Shown piece after piece: positions 1 through 14,230 of a DNA stretch of 64,000 nt. Location: NCBI RefSeq assembly GCF_036321535.1, contig NC_087451.1:19096001-19160000 (forward strand). Direction: 5' to 3'. Origin of the DNA: Camelus dromedarius (lineage: Eukaryota). Each line of letters opens with the position of its first letter. Within the stretch, counting starts at the first letter, position 1. The position numbers and the translations under genes are program-made. Under the pieces are notes generated by a model, which saw only the letters and a list, made by a program, of their open reading frames with translations, was not told the origin of the DNA and made no database searches.

Positions 1-396
<396 letters not shown>

Positions 397-804
397 GGGT
401 GAGCAGCACGCAGTGGCACCTGGCTAGGTGAAGGGCGGCTCTGGGGGTGCTTGTCCTCTCCCCTCCCCCATGGGGTGCAGGCTCCTGGTCTGGCTCCCTT
501 GTACATAGTTCCTGGTGACAAAGTTCCCTGTTGAAGTTCTGGTCCCATTTCTGCCAGGCCTTCTGTCTTGTCCTCCACTTGTGCTGTCTCAGAACCCACT
601 CACCTGGCTGTGGTGTTCTCCTTCCTGGCCCCTAACCCAGGCCTGTCCCCAAATCAAGGATCCCTTCTTGCCTGTGGCTTGATTGGGGGGTAAAGGGTAT
701 TTTAACTTCTTAGGGGTAGTTCCTGCTCTGGTTGTTACATCTGATCCTCGGGAAGAACAAAGCGAAAGCTGCCTTTTGTCTGTTATTTTATTTTTTGAAG
801 TTTA

Positions 805-810
805 AATAAA
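805..810 (+). terminator. POLR2A polyadenylation signal AATAAA
   Basis: AATAAA about 410 nt after the stop, followed by a GU-rich stretch (gtgtgtg near 832). Confidence 0.75.
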
Positions 811-1719
811 GTTTACTAATTTTGACCAAAAGTGTGTGCATTGAGTGCTTATTTGGGAGGCAGGAATACCCAGGCCCTTCTCCCTTCCCTAGGCTGCTGA
901 TCCATTTATCATGTCTTAGCTGAGCCCTGCTCCAGGGAGAGGCGGGGAAATGAGCGCAGACAGTGCGTCTTTCACTGAACACGTGCTCTGTGCGCGGGCT
1001 TCGTGGTCGAACAGATGTGGGCCTCCGTCCTGCATTAAAGCAGTATTGACATAAAATCTTTTTAACTGATTTTCCTGATTATCAAAATACGTAATTTAGA
1101 ACAGTACAAAAAAGTGTAGTTGGGAAGCAGGAGAATTATTGCTGGTAAGGCCACCACCAGGAGGCATATTTTCTTCGGGTATTTTTCCTACAGTTTTCTC
1201 AGATCACTTCCAACCAGTCTCTGGCCTCCAACTAACAATGAGATTATGGATACTAGAAAGTTTCAAAGCTGAGGTTAAAGGACTTAGTGATAATTTGCTG
1301 TCTCCAGTTGGCCATATTCTGTTTCATTAGTTCCTTAATGTGGACATCCACTTTCTGTGTCCTCTGCAAATTGTGCTTCACCTCAGGTGTTTTAAATTTA
1401 TTTTAAACTTTGAAATAGTTCAAAGAATAGAAAGTAACATGGCCTGGATCTATTTATCACTAAGATTATAGATGCTAGGTACCATTTTGCAATATTTAAT
1501 CCAGATCTTACATTGTTTTGAAAGAGATGACTTATTTTTATGGAAGGATACATGTTTATTATAAAAGATCCAAGCACTGTAGAAAGAAAAAAAAAAGTAA
1601 GATCTCCCTAATTCCCACCACCAAGAGACTACTGCTGGCAATTGGTGAACGTAATTGCAGACATCTCACTATGTAGAATGACAGGAGATTAGATAGAAAT
1701 TGTTTAATGGGATAATTTA

Positions 1720-2035
1720 CATATGGTCTTGAGTTTGGGCTGCTAACACAATACCGTAGACGTGTTTATAAACATTTCTCATTTCTGGAGGCTGGGAAGC
1801 CAAGATCAAGGCACTGGCAGATTCTGTGCCTGGTGAGGGTTTGGTGCCTGGTGAGGGTTTGCTCCCTGGTTCACAAAAGGCCAACTTCTCACTGTGTCCT
1901 CACTTGGCGGAAGGGGAGCTCTCTGGAGCCTCATAATGAAGTCACTAATCCCATTCATGAAGGCTCCACCCTCATGACTTAAGCACCTCTTAAAAGCCCC
2001 GCCTCCAAATCCCATCACCTTGGGGATTACATGAG
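1720..2035. mobile_element. MaLR (MLT1-type) solo LTR fragment with an internal 18-bp tandem duplication
   Basis: ctggaggctgggaagccaagatcaagg...gcagattctg...tggtgaggg is a typical MLT1 motif; gtgcctggtgagggtttg occurs twice near 1826-1861. Confidence 0.7.
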
Positions 2036-2399
2036 GATGTGGGGGAGGTAGCCTATATATAGCACATACTACTTAATAAATTGAATTTTTATGAAGAAAA
2101 AAAGAGACTGCTGAATTTGGTGGATGTCACATGACTATATCTTCCCATAAGAAATAGTCCTAGAAGGAGGTCCCTCTAGCAAGAAATAAATATTGGGAAA
2201 ACAATGAGAAGTTAATAATGTTATGCTATTTTTAAAAACATTGAGAGTTTATATAGTATGACTGATTTCCTACAGTTTTCTTGTGTCCCCCTTCCTATGT
2301 TTTCTGTTTTGTATTTTGTTTTTGTTTTAATCTGATGTGCTTTAAAAGGCACATCTGTTGTAAGAAATTGCATGCATGGCCTTCTGTCTTCCCCAGAGG

Positions 2400-5300
2400 T
2401 AACCACTATCTTGAATTTTGTGTTTTGTGTTAATCTTTTGTTTTACTTTATAGACCACTACGCATACATCCTTAAGGATGTTTGTTATGTTTTTGAACGT
2501 CATATAAATGCCATCACACTTGATATATCCTTTGTGACATACTTCTTTTAGTCAACATGAAGTTTTAGAGATTCATTCATGTTGAGGTTTATAACTATCC
2601 ATGGACTTTTACTATAGAATAGACTATTACATTGTTTAAATATATACTTTATCCATGCTACTGTGTTGGGTTGTTTTTTTTTTTAAGATTCAAGACCCTT
2701 AATAAAAGGTCTTTATCTCAGAAGAGATAATAACACTTTCATAGTGACGTCTGTAAAGTAAAAACAAGTAGACGGTATTATCCATCCATGCTACTGTTGA
2801 TGGGTGTCTGTTTATTACAACATTGCCACCATGAAAATTCCTGCACCTGTCCAATGTGCACACATGCATGGGTCGCTCAAGGGTATATCCTGGAAATGGA
2901 ATCGCTGAACTGGCTCATTTGGATATGTATTAGGTAATATCAAACCCTTGCAAAATGATTCTACTAGTTTACCACCCCACCAGCAGTGGATGAGAATTTA
3001 ACTTGTTCCACCATCTTTTCAATATGTGGTATTGCCCAAATTAAAATTTTTTGTCTAGCTGTGAAATAGTATTTCATTATGCTTTTAATTTGCAATTCCT
3101 AGGTTACCAAGGAGGCTGAGCATCTTCTGATTAAGGGTCAACTGTTTTCTCTTCTATGAAATATGTGTTTGTCTTCTTCCCGTTTCCCCCTTTGGTTATG
3201 TCTTTTCTGGTTGATTTTAGGAGATATTTAAATATTTTGGATACTAATCTTTTGTCAATTATCTATGTTGCAAGTAATCTTCCAATTTAATGGCTTGGCC
3301 TTTTACTCTGGATCATGTCTTGTGTACTTATTGTAGTTGAATTTACCAATATTTAAAATGGTTTGTCTTTTTGTATGTTGTTAATAAATCCATCCTTACT
3401 CTATACAATAATCTCCTTTATTATCCTCCAAAAGTTTTATAGTTTGCCCTTTTACCTCTAGGTCTTTAATTCACCTAAAATTGATTTTTATTCAGTGTGA
3501 AGAAGCAATCCAATTTCATTGTTTTCCACGTAGATAAGCAATTATCATAATTTATTAAATGACTCATCCTGGTCAGACTATTTGACTACCTTCTCTGTCT
3601 GAGTTGTTTTCACATGGATTTCAGTCCATTTCTGGGTTCTTCATTCTGTTCTTTTGATCTATTTTCTCTTCCTCTGCTAATACCACATTATTTTTAATTG
3701 CTATACTTTTTATTATATTTTGAGTATCAGGTAAAGCAACTCCCCCTCAACTTCTTCTTCAAGGATATTTTAGCTATTTTTGGCCCTTTGCTATTCTAGA
3801 ACTTATTAAAATCTGGCCCTCCAAAATAACCCAGCAAAGATTTTGTTAAAGTTCATTAAATCTATAGCCCAGTGTGGACAAGACCTCCCCACATTCTATT
3901 TTACTATCCTAAAGCATGTGGGGAAAAAATAAAATTAAATAGGTGAATCTTTCCATTTATGTAGTTTTTCTTTTACATCCTTTAAAAAATTATATAGTTT
4001 TTCTTCATAGAGTTTACACTTCTTTGGCAGATTTGTCTTTAGGTTCTTTATATTTTTATTGACATGATATAGTATCTTTTTCATACCTCATTTTTACCAT
4101 CTTAATATACAGAAAGGAAATTCCTTTTGGTATATTGATTTTATATCCAGTGAACTCTGTAATCTCTCCTTTTTTTTTTTTTTTTTGGAATCTCTCTCTT
4201 TTTAAAAAAACTTTTATTTGGTTGGGGGAGAGGTAACTAGGTCTTTATTTATTTATATGGAGGTACTGGGGATTGAACCCAGGACCTTGTGCATGCGAAG
4301 CATGTGCTCTACCTCTGAGCTCTACCCTCCTGCCCCTGTAATCTCTCTTAATAATCTATTATGTGTAGGGTTTTTTCTGTTTTACACATAGGCAGTCATA
4401 CATATCATACACACATAATGCCAAGTTTGTTTCTTACCAATTATTGAAACTTTTATTTCTTGTGCTACTGTGCTCTGAAGACTCTGGGTAACTTGTTGAC
4501 TAGGAGAATAACTCATCTGCGTCAGCTCTTTTTCTTAAAAAAGAATGCTTTCATTGTTTCACCATGAAGTGATGTGTGCTACAGTTTTTTCTTTTTAATA
4601 AACTTTTATCAAGTTAAGGAAATACCCTTCTGTGTCTAGTTTGCTAAAGGATCTTATTATGAATGAATATTAAATTTTATAAAATGTTTTTTTCTCCAAG
4701 GTTTTTACACCATTTTTATACCAAAGTTTTCCTGGCCTCAAAAGATGTTGGGGAGTATTCCCTCATTTCCTGTTCTTTCAGAATATGGGATTATCTGTTT
4801 TCCCAATATTTGGCAACGCTCACCTGAACTGGGCAGGCCAGATGCTTGGTATTTTCTTTGGGGAAAGATAGTTACGTACTGATTCAATTAACTCAGTTAA
4901 TAATAGGATTAGTCATGCTTTCTATTTCTTTTTGATTTAGTTTTAATAAATTGTATTTACGAAATCCTAGGAACTTGTTTTCAAATAAAGTTATTTATAT
5001 AGCTTATTTTTATTGCCCGTTTAATTTCTGCTGTTTCTGGAGTTGTGGCACCATTTTCTTTCCTGTATTGTTATGTATTCTGTAACCATCTTGCCCTGGA
5101 GCTGTCTCTTTTTTACTTTTAAATAATGAACTTTTGGTTTTGTTGATCCTATTACATGTTTGAATTCCCATTAATTTCTGTTCTTAATTAATATAGTGAT
5201 TCCTGCCTTTCTACCTTCTTTGGGTTCATTCTGCTGTTCTTTTAATTGTTTCGTTAATTTGAGCATATGCTTTTTAGCTGTAAACAGTTATATTGTACGT

Positions 5301-6788
5301 ATGTTAAAGACGTTAAGAGGAAAACAACAGTCTTTTATATTTACCTAGATATTTAGCATTTCCTATGCTCTCATCCCTTCCTGAAAGTCTGAGTTTCCCT
5401 CTGGTATCATGTCCCTTCAACCTGAAGAACTTCCTTTAGTACTTCTTATAGAGCAGGGCTGTTGGTGACAAACGACCTTAGTTATCTTTTATCTGAACAT
5501 GTCTATTTCACCTTCATTCCTAAAGGATATCTTCACTGGATATAAGATTTTGGAGCAAGAGGGTTTTGTTTTTGTGTTTCAGCATTTCCCCTGCACTTTC
5601 CCTCATTCTTTTTTCCCCCAAAAAATCCATGATGAGTGAAATACTAACATTTTAAATTTTAGAAGGATCAATACTAGCGATTTTTTCCACATTTGCCTCT
5701 GGGCCCAGCGTGGCTTGGCACGATCTTCACAGGTGTCATGCTGCAGGCTCTCCCGACTCCCGGGGCCTTGTTTGCTTCTGTTTTATCACTCCAGATTATG
5801 AGCTGCTCTTTTTCCTTGGAACTTTATCTGTGGGAGAACTTTGAGTCCTTGATCGAAGTGGCATACCTATAGAGACAATTTGTATTTGCTTTTTCCAGGC
5901 ACACTTCTGTGCTAGCAACCTGGGAACCCTTGGCGTTTTGGTGAGGTTTTCTTGGGCTCCCCAGGCAGTGTGAATTTGAGCACAAATTGTGCAAGGGCTG
6001 GGTTGTAGTTTCAGGCTTTCAGGAAAGATTATATTTTTCCTTCCATTCAAGGTTCAAGGTCAAGACAGGCAAGTCCCGTTGCTCCTTCCCTCCTAAAATG
6101 GATTTTTGGGTTTTGTTTTCATATGCTTTTATGTTGAGTTTGTAGGAGGTCCTAATTATATGCCGACATCTCTCATTATCTTGGTAGAGCCCTGGGCTTT
6201 ATCTCCTGTTCCCTGCATCTCGGAAAACAGTCTGCCCAAGACTCAAGGTCTGTGTTTCACAGAAACCCTTGGGGAGAAAAGCTGGCTTTGGCACTCACTT
6301 ATCTCCTAGGCTTCCTGATTGTACTTCATTTTGGCCTCTGTAGGAATATTTCTATTAGTGTCAGCTCAGCAGTGTTTTTTAAGAGTTTTTAAAAATAGAA
6401 TATTTCATTTGCAGTTTTCATCTTTTCAATTAGGAGAGCTGTGTAGGCTGTCTGGCCTGCTGGATGGCCGTTCTACCTCCTGACTGTGGCTTTTAGCCTT
6501 TTTACTTTGTCAGGGTTTATAACATTTACTTTCTGTTCTGCAAATATAACCCCTCCAGTTACGTGGTCTTATTGATGTATTTAAATGTCTCATCTCTAGT
6601 CTTACCACTGCCTCTCCACTGTCATCTTTTTTATTCACCTCTCTACATATTTTTCAGAAAGTGCTCATAATTACTTTGTTATAGTCCCCGATCTTTTATT
6701 TTTGAGATTGATTCCTGTAGCCTTCGAAATTCAGGCACATCTTGGCTGGATATTTCTTTCCCTCAGAATTTTATAGACATTGGATGTT
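2400..6788 (-). mobile_element. Old fragmented L1M LINE, antisense, interrupted by a SINE; resumes after the ERV-L at about 10065-10320
   Basis: T-rich degenerate L1 antisense motifs (gttccatccatg, ccaccagcagtggatgag, gaagaacttcctttagta); boundaries approximate. Confidence 0.7.
4169..4335 (-). mobile_element. tRNA-Ala-derived camelid-type SINE
   Basis: Antisense tRNA head (ggggattgaacccaggacc...ctctacctctgagct) and poly-T; 12-bp TSD ctgtaatctctc at 4157-4168 and 4336-4347. Confidence 0.9.
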
Positions 6789-9700
6789 TGTATTGGTCAG
6801 GGTTCTCCAGAGAAATAGAACCAGCAAGGGAAAAAAAACAAACCCATATATATATGGCTCAAGGCTCAACAATTATGAAAGCTGAGAAGTCCCATGATCT
6901 GCAAGCTGGAGACCCCAGAAAGCCCTTGGGGTAATTCAGCCCAAGTTCGAGGGGCTGAAAAGAAGAGATGAGATCTCCCAGCTCAAGCAAGTAAGGCTGG
7001 AAAGAAAAGAGGTGAATTTCTCCTTCCTCCATTTTTTGTTCTATTCAGGCCTTCAATGGATTGGCTGCTGCCCACCCACACTGGGGAGGGCCTCCACTTT
7101 ACTGAGGCTACCAATTCAAGTGTTAATCTCATCAAGAACACCTTTACAGATACACTCAGAAATAAGTGTAATCTGGGCCCCCGGCATCAGTCAAGTTGAC
7201 ATATAACCATGATAAGTCCACCCCTTGTCAACTTGGCACCCATGTGCATCTCCTGAAACCAGACTTAATCTCCAAATAAAGACAATAACAAAATCAGAAT
7301 TCCTGATACAACTGTCCAATGTACAATGGAAAGCACACTAACTCCTTCCCCAGAAAACTAAAGTCCTTGAGTGGTGTTTACTCTTCTTCTTAATATGCCA
7401 TAACTTAAATACTAGATGTAAAATTAACAACACTTAAATACTATGATAGAAAGTCAATACATCTTATGTTACCTGATAAGGGAACAAGAGGAAAGAAAAC
7501 CAAGATACACGTGCACAAACATACTCGTAAAAAAATATGGAGGAAATATTCATAATTACGGTCCTCATTTCTGTAACTAGCCATGTGGTCATAGCTGGCA
7601 TTTCTAATTACCTTCTTCTACCCAATCTGTGTTCCCTTTGCCTTTAGCAAGCACCTCAGCTGGTTGTGGTTCTTTGCCTGGTGGGGTGACCCAAAGCTCC
7701 ATTCCTGAAGGGTCTAGCCATTACTAATCCTTCCTCAATTGGGTTGTTACAGTTTTCCATTGACTTTATTTTTCAAAAAAATCTTTATTTTTTTTGATTG
7801 GGGGTAGGTAATTGGGTTTATTTATTTGTTTATTCATTTGTAATGGAGGTACTAGGGACTGAACCCAGGACCGTGCGCATGCTAGGTATATGCTCTACCA
7901 CTGAGCTGTACCCTGCCCCCTCCATTGACTAGTCACAGGACATGGTAATACTACGAGATGCCTGTATTCCACACATGCTCTTCCTTACCTCCCTTGTGGA
8001 GAAGTAGTCCAATTTCCATTTGGCGTCGGGATCAGTCACCCCACTCAGCCAACACCGTCACTCCCTTCTTTGCCTATTGATTCAGAAGCATGAGGAGCCC
8101 AAAGTGGCCAAGCGGCAATCTTAACTTCCAGTTCAATGGAATCATTGTTCTGTCCTCTGATGGAAGCATCCTTCCCTCTGGAACTAAGACCTGGAGGCCA
8201 GCAGAGCGTAAAGTCACAGGAACAGGAAGCAAAAACTTTGCTGGGGGATCATTGGGGTGACAGTAAGTGGTGCCACTCCCTTGATTCCTGGACCCAAGAA
8301 CCCTGGCTATCAGACAATCAGCACCATGTACTGAATGCTGGTTCAGAGCATATACAGCCTCCTGGAGAACCTTGCCCCAGCCCTGCAGGTACCGCCACCT
8401 AGCTGGCACTGTAACTGAGTCTTCAGAAGGCCATTACATAGTTCTTTCAAACCAGTTGCTTCAGGATGGTGAGGAATACGGTAAAACCAGTGAATTCTGT
8501 GAGCGGGGGCCTATAGCCACGCTTCTTTTGCTGTGAAGTGAGTCCTTTGATCAGAGGCAATGTGCTGTGAAATACCATGACGTGTGGATAAGTCACTCGG
8601 TAAGTCCAGGGATGGTTATTTTGGCAGAAGCATTCCATGCAGGGAAGGCAGATGGTATCTAGGGCGTCTATTCCACGCCCCTTCCACAGTGGAAACCGTC
8701 CAATGTAATCAGCCTGCCAGCATCTCTCTGTCACTGACACTTCAGGCACCATTGGACCTGCTGGATCCTCTGGCCCGTGTGGCCCAGCAGCCTGCATGGC
8801 AGCCTGCACCTGTCACAGGGCCCTTTCTTGTTCTGGGCCCCCCTCAAAACAGCTTTTAGGGTCACTCAGTAAATGGGCCAAAGTGACATACCCAAATGAG
8901 GACTATATTGCCTCCAAAATCCAGAGAAGCCACCTAGGCATTGTGCCTCTTTCTTTGGTTGTGAGAGGGACCAGATACAACTTACCCTCCACCTTAGAAG
9001 GGATATCTCATACTCTACACCACCGGACCCCCAGAAGAACCCTGAATTTTAGTCGGATTTATTCCCCACCCTCTGACACACAAGCATCTTACCAGTAAGT
9101 CCAGAGTAGCTGCTACTTCTCACTCACTAGACCCAGACATCATAATGTTGTCCCTGTTATGGACCAGAGCGAGCGATAGCTTGTGGAAGGGAAAGGGGAT
9201 CACGATTCCTAGCCTAAGTTGTGACATAGGGCTGGAGGGTTGATACATCAGTAAGGTAGGAGAGTGAAGGTGTACTGCTGAGCTGAAAGCCAGCTGCCTC
9301 TGCTGGGCCTTCTGGACAAAGATCGAGAGAAAGGCATTCGCTAGATCAGCAGCTGCATGCCAGGTAGCAGCGGGCGTGTTAACTTACTGTTAATTTACTT
9401 AAGCAATGAAATCGCATCTGGTGCAGCAGCTGCTGTCGGCTTCTTCACCTGCTTAAGCTAATGATAATCAACTGTCATTATTGCTTGATTTTTGTACTAG
9501 GGTTCTCACGAGAAACAGAACCAGTAGGAGATATAGATATTTATTAATATATATTAACAAATCTCTCTATATATAATATGATAGGTAGATAGATAGATAG
9601 GTAAGTAGATAGATAGATAGACAGACAGACTGGTTTATTATGAGNNNNNNNNNNNNNNNNNNNNNNNNNNNNNNNNNNNNNNNNNNNNNNNNNNNNNNNN

Positions 9701-10064
9701 NNNNNNNNNNNNNNNNNNNNNNNNNNNNNNNNNNNNNNNNNNNNNNNNNNNNNNNNNNNNNNNNNNNNNNNNNNNAATCCCAGTCTGAGAGTCAAAGCAG
9801 ATGAGATGAGATGTCCCAGCTCAGCCAAGTGAGGTGGGGAAAAAGGGGGATGAATTTCTCTTTCTTCTGCATTTTGCTCTATTCAGGCTTTCAACGGATT
9901 GTAAGACGCCCACCCAAACTGGGGAGGGCAACCTACTTTCCTGAGTCCATGGATGCAAATGCTAATCTCATCCAGAAACACCCTCACAGACACACTCAAG
10001 AAATAATGTTTAATCCGGGCATCCCACGGCCAGTCAAGCTGACATCACAGAATTAACCAGCACA
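6789..10064 (-). mobile_element. Internally deleted ERV-L provirus with two MLT2-type LTRs (6789-7214 and 9493-10064) and RT/IN/dUTPase remnants
   Basis: Both LTRs begin tgta(t/c)t..agggttctc..gagaaa.agaacc and end gtcaag(t/c)tgaca...taacca; PPT-side internal end agtccaccccttgtcaacttggcacc at 7215; minus-strand ORF 8074-8409 has PLNWKLRLPLGHFGLL (ERV-L dUTPase); RT-like MTVDY..KL.Q near 9390-9480; (TAGA)n in the second LTR. Confidence 0.88.
7766..7920 (-). mobile_element. tRNA-Ala-derived SINE inserted in the ERV-L internal region
   Basis: 10-bp TSD tccattgact at 7756-7765 and 7921-7930; antisense tRNA head. Confidence 0.9.
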
Positions 10065-11234
10065 AGTTTCTTCTGTCATTGAATGCTGCTTTGGAGAAAT
10101 CTGAGGCCACCCTGATATTTTTCTGTTTCATGTTCCTTTCTAAATACTTGAGGAATTATTCTGATATCTTTGAAGTCCAATAATNNNNNNNNNNNNNNNN
10201 NNNNNNNNNNNNNNNNNNNNNNNNNNNNNNNNNNNNNNNNNNNNNNNNNNNNNNNNNNNNNNNNNNNNNNNNNNNNNNNNNNNNNNNNNNNNNNNNNNNN
10301 NNNNNNNNNNNNNNNNNNNGTCGCCTGAAAAGCATAAAATTAACCACTTCCAAGTGTACAAGTCAGTGGCATTGAGGACATTCACAATGGTGTGCAATCA
10401 CCACTTCTACCTAGTTCTGGAACATTCTCATCACCCCAAAAGACAACCCCATAGCCGTTAGCAGTCCTTGTTCTCCCTCCTTCCAACTCCTGACAAAAAC
10501 ACCAATTTGCTTTCTGTCTCTATAATCTGGGTGTTTTCTGAACTGTGACATGTGAATTCTGGCATCTGTAGTGAAGAGCCAAGGCCAAGAACAGCTGGGA
10601 CACTTGAGGAAGAGCATCTTTGTGGGAATCCAGGAGTCTAGGCGTCCAGCAGAGAATTTCCAGTACCCTGTTGGAGGGAGGGAAAAAAAAAGCCAAGAAC
10701 AGATGCATCTTAGAAGACAAGAAGGACAGTTTCACTTTCCCCTCAGGACCCCTTCTTCCAGGCAGCACAGCCCAGTGCCAAGAGACACCCTGACTCTGGC
10801 CAGTGATCTCTCCCAGAGGGGAAGGGGAGAGTGTGGCAAGTGGGTGCCCGGCATCCTCACCTGTGCAGGGCACTGCCCAAAAGCCAACTACTTTCTCACC
10901 CCAGCCAGAATACAGAGCTGATCAGTGCGGCTGAGAGGTTGAGAAAGGCTGGGAGTTTGGCACCCAGGGCTCAGAACTCATCACAGGGCTGGGATCTAGT
11001 AAATACTCTGAGGACTCCCATCAGGAAGCCTGCACAGAGCTNNNNNNNNNNNNNNNNNNNNNNNNNNNNNNNNNNNNNNNNNNNNNNNNNNNNNNNNNNN
11101 NNNNNNNNNNNNNNNNNNNNNNNNNNNNNNNNNNNNNNNNNNNNNNNNNNNNNNNNNNNNNNNNNNNNNNNNNNNNNNNNNNNNNNNNNNNNNNNNNNNN
11201 NNNNNNNNNNNNNNNNNNNNNNNNNNNNNNNNNN

Positions 11235-12035
11235 CAGCCACGATGGAAAACAGTATGGAGGTTCTTCAACAAATTAAAAATAGACGTACTGTATGATTCA
11301 GGAGTCTCACTTCTGGGTAAATATCCGAAGGATATAAAATCGGTATCTGGAAGAGGTATCTGCACTCCCGTGTTCATTGTAGCATTAGTCAAAATAGCCA
11401 AGCTAAGGAAGCAACGTAAGTGTCTACCAGTGGACGAATGGATAAGGAAAAGTTGATATATAAAATTCAGCCTTAAAATAAGAAGACAATTCTGCCATTT
11501 TCAACAAGATGGATAAACCTGGAGGACATTATGCTCAGTGAAAGAAGCCAGACACAGAAAGACAAAAACTGCATTGATCTCACTTATNNNNNNNNNNNNN
11601 NNNNNNNNNNNNNNNNNNNNNNNNNNNNNNNNNNNNNNNNNNNNNNNNNNNNNNNNNNNNNNNNNNNNNNNNNNNNNNNNNNNNNNNNNNNNNNNNNNNN
11701 NNNNNNNNNNNNNNNNNNNNNNNNNNNNNNNNNNAGCATGGTGACTATTACTTAATAATAATGCTGTATGGACGGGGAGGGGACAGCTCAGTGGGAGAGT
11801 GTGTGCATGCACGAGGTCCTGGGTTCAATCCCCAGCACTCCCACTAATAACAACAACGAAGTATTATATACTGAAATTTGCTAAGTGATCTCAAGTGTTC
11901 TCACCACACACATCCCAAAATGGTAACTCTGAGGTGATGGTTACATCAATTAGCTTGATTGTGGCAGTCATTATTCCCATGTTGTACACCTTAAATATAT
12001 GCAATTTTTATTTTTCAGTCAGACTTCAATAAAGC
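11235..12035 (+). mobile_element. L1 3' end (ORF2 C-terminus and 3' UTR), partly masked, with a truncated SINE at about 11775-11850
   Basis: ggaaaacagtatggaggtt, ggataaacctggaggacattatgctcagtgaaa and ttgtacaccttaaatata...aataaa are L1 3' hallmarks. Confidence 0.85.
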
Positions 12036-13109
12036 TGAGTGGGGGAAATAAAGCAAGATTCAGGATAATGGTCACCTTATGTTTGGGCTGTCAGTTGAGT
12101 GAGAAGCACATAGGTAGATGTAAGTTCTCAATGTTTTCATTCTTGGTTTGGGTAGTGCATTGACATGTGTTTTTAAAATAAAAATTTTCAGTAAAACAGG
12201 GTCATGCATGGAACAGCACTGACAATGTATCATGAACCAATTAAGTTTTTAAAATGTAATTCATGAATTTAAGATTAAAGTAGGAACACCAAAGCTTCCT
12301 ATTGGCGTTTGACAAATATCAATATCCATTCATGATTGAAAAAAAACACACGTCTTAATAAATAAAATAAATACTTAGAATAAAAGTATACTTTCCTAAC
12401 CTGATAAATTGAGTCTACCAAAATATATAGGAAATACCATCCTTACTGGTGAAGCATTAAGATGATGCATTAAGAATGGAGAAACATTCCTTTTTAAGAT
12501 CCGGAATGAAACAAGCATGACCTCTATCATCACGTTTATTCATCTTCATCCAAGAAAGGAAGTCTGATCATGTTCCCAATGGCTCTACTTTCGACAGCAT
12601 AACAGAGAAAACGAAACACGAGACTCACATAAACTTTAAATGCCTCAGCTGCCTCAAAATTCTAAAAAATCCTTGATTGGTGAACCACATGGAACACCAT
12701 TTGGAACTTGAGAAGCAGAGGGATGACCCTGGGAAAGCCACGCCCCCTGCCACGCCCCACACCTGCCACGCCCCACACCTGCCACATCACCCTGACAGTT
12801 GACCCAACACCCATGGACCCTCCAAGGTTTGTCAGTTCCGACTTACCACCTGAGACACATCAGGCCGTATTACCACACAGGACCATCACAAACCCAGTGA
12901 AAGGCCCTACATTTCCCAAGTTTACGATTACATCTGAGAATATGTTGTGAAGGCACCGAAAATTTGATTTGGTCTATTTCATCTCAAAATTTCCAAAATT
13001 GCAACACCATACGTGATTTCTAATTGGAAGCAGAAAAGGAGAGCCTTTTAGGATTCCAGGTGCCGGCCACAGTTTTAAATTTTCATCTCTGCCGTATCGG
13101 AGTCTGGTT

Positions 13110-14230
13110 TTGATGCTTGCTCTGTCTCTTCAAACTGTTCTGACTTTTAGTATGCCTCGTAAATTGTTGTTCAAAGCCAGACAAGATGCACTGGGTAAAA
13201 GGAACTGCTATAAATAGGCCTTCAGTGATGTGGCCTTGAGGTTTGGGGGAGCCGGAAGCATTCTCCAGGCCTTTGAGCAGGTCTCAATGTTTTAGTGAGC
13301 CTGTGCCTCTGGGCTGTAAGCTTTGCAGGTGTTTCTCAGTGTTCTTGTCCCATTAGGTGGGGAAGGATTGTTAGAGGGGGCTGGACCTGGGTAGCTCCCT
13401 TCTCCCAGGTGGTTTAGGCTCTGGTAAAATAGTTTCTCTTGAGGGTAGACTTGTTAAGAACAGGAGGCTCTGGGTAAATTTCAAAATGGCTTCTTTTTCC
13501 TCCTCCTGACAGAAGCAGAAGGTTTTTCTCTGATCTTCACCGTTAAGACCATGGGATTTAGCTCCAGGAGGTAAAACTCACAGAAAATGGACCACTCCCC
13601 CTAAGACTGGCCCCACTCGGAGTTTTAAACTCTCAGGCTGTCCACACCGAGCCTCCAGCAATTCTCCGATGGTCATTGGATTTTTCTGCCCTGATGGTGT
13701 TCCACTGGAGGTTTCCGTTCACGTGTTTCTGCCCGGGTAAGTTGTCATTCTTTCTATCTGCCCCGTCTGTCTCTCCAATTTAGGGGCAGGGGCAGTGGTT
13801 TACCCTGTGACCCCAGTTCTCCAATGGATCTAAGAAAAGTTGTTGATTCAGTTTGTTTAGCTTTCTACTCGTTAGGATGGAGTGACAACTTCCAAGCTCC
13901 TTACATCCCAGACAGGAAACTGGAACTCTCTCCTTCTCTTTTTAAATAACAGCTTTATTGAGATATAATTCATATCCAACAAAATTCACCCAATTCACCT
14001 AATTCAACCTAATCTAAGGTTACAAAGACTTAGGTGTTTTCTTCTAAGAGTTTTATAGTTATGGTGCTTACATTTAGATCTATGATCTGTTTGGGGTTAA
14101 CTTTTGTATATGGTGTGAAGTGGGGATCCAGCTTCGTTCTTTTACACATGGTAACCCAGCTGTCCTAGCACCATTTGTGGAAAACAAATTTAGTTGACTT
14201 GGCAGCCTTATTAAAAATTGGTTGACCGTA
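13110..14230 (-). mobile_element. Old L1M fragments
   Basis: tgcttgctctgtctcttcaaactg... and cttctaagagttttatagtt...gatctatgat motifs; boundaries approximate. Confidence 0.6.

Noticed and set aside
8074-9098. Cluster of 90-120 aa ORFs
   Set aside because: Frameshifted ERV-L integrase/dUTPase remnants and their antisense frames; not an intact or domesticated gene
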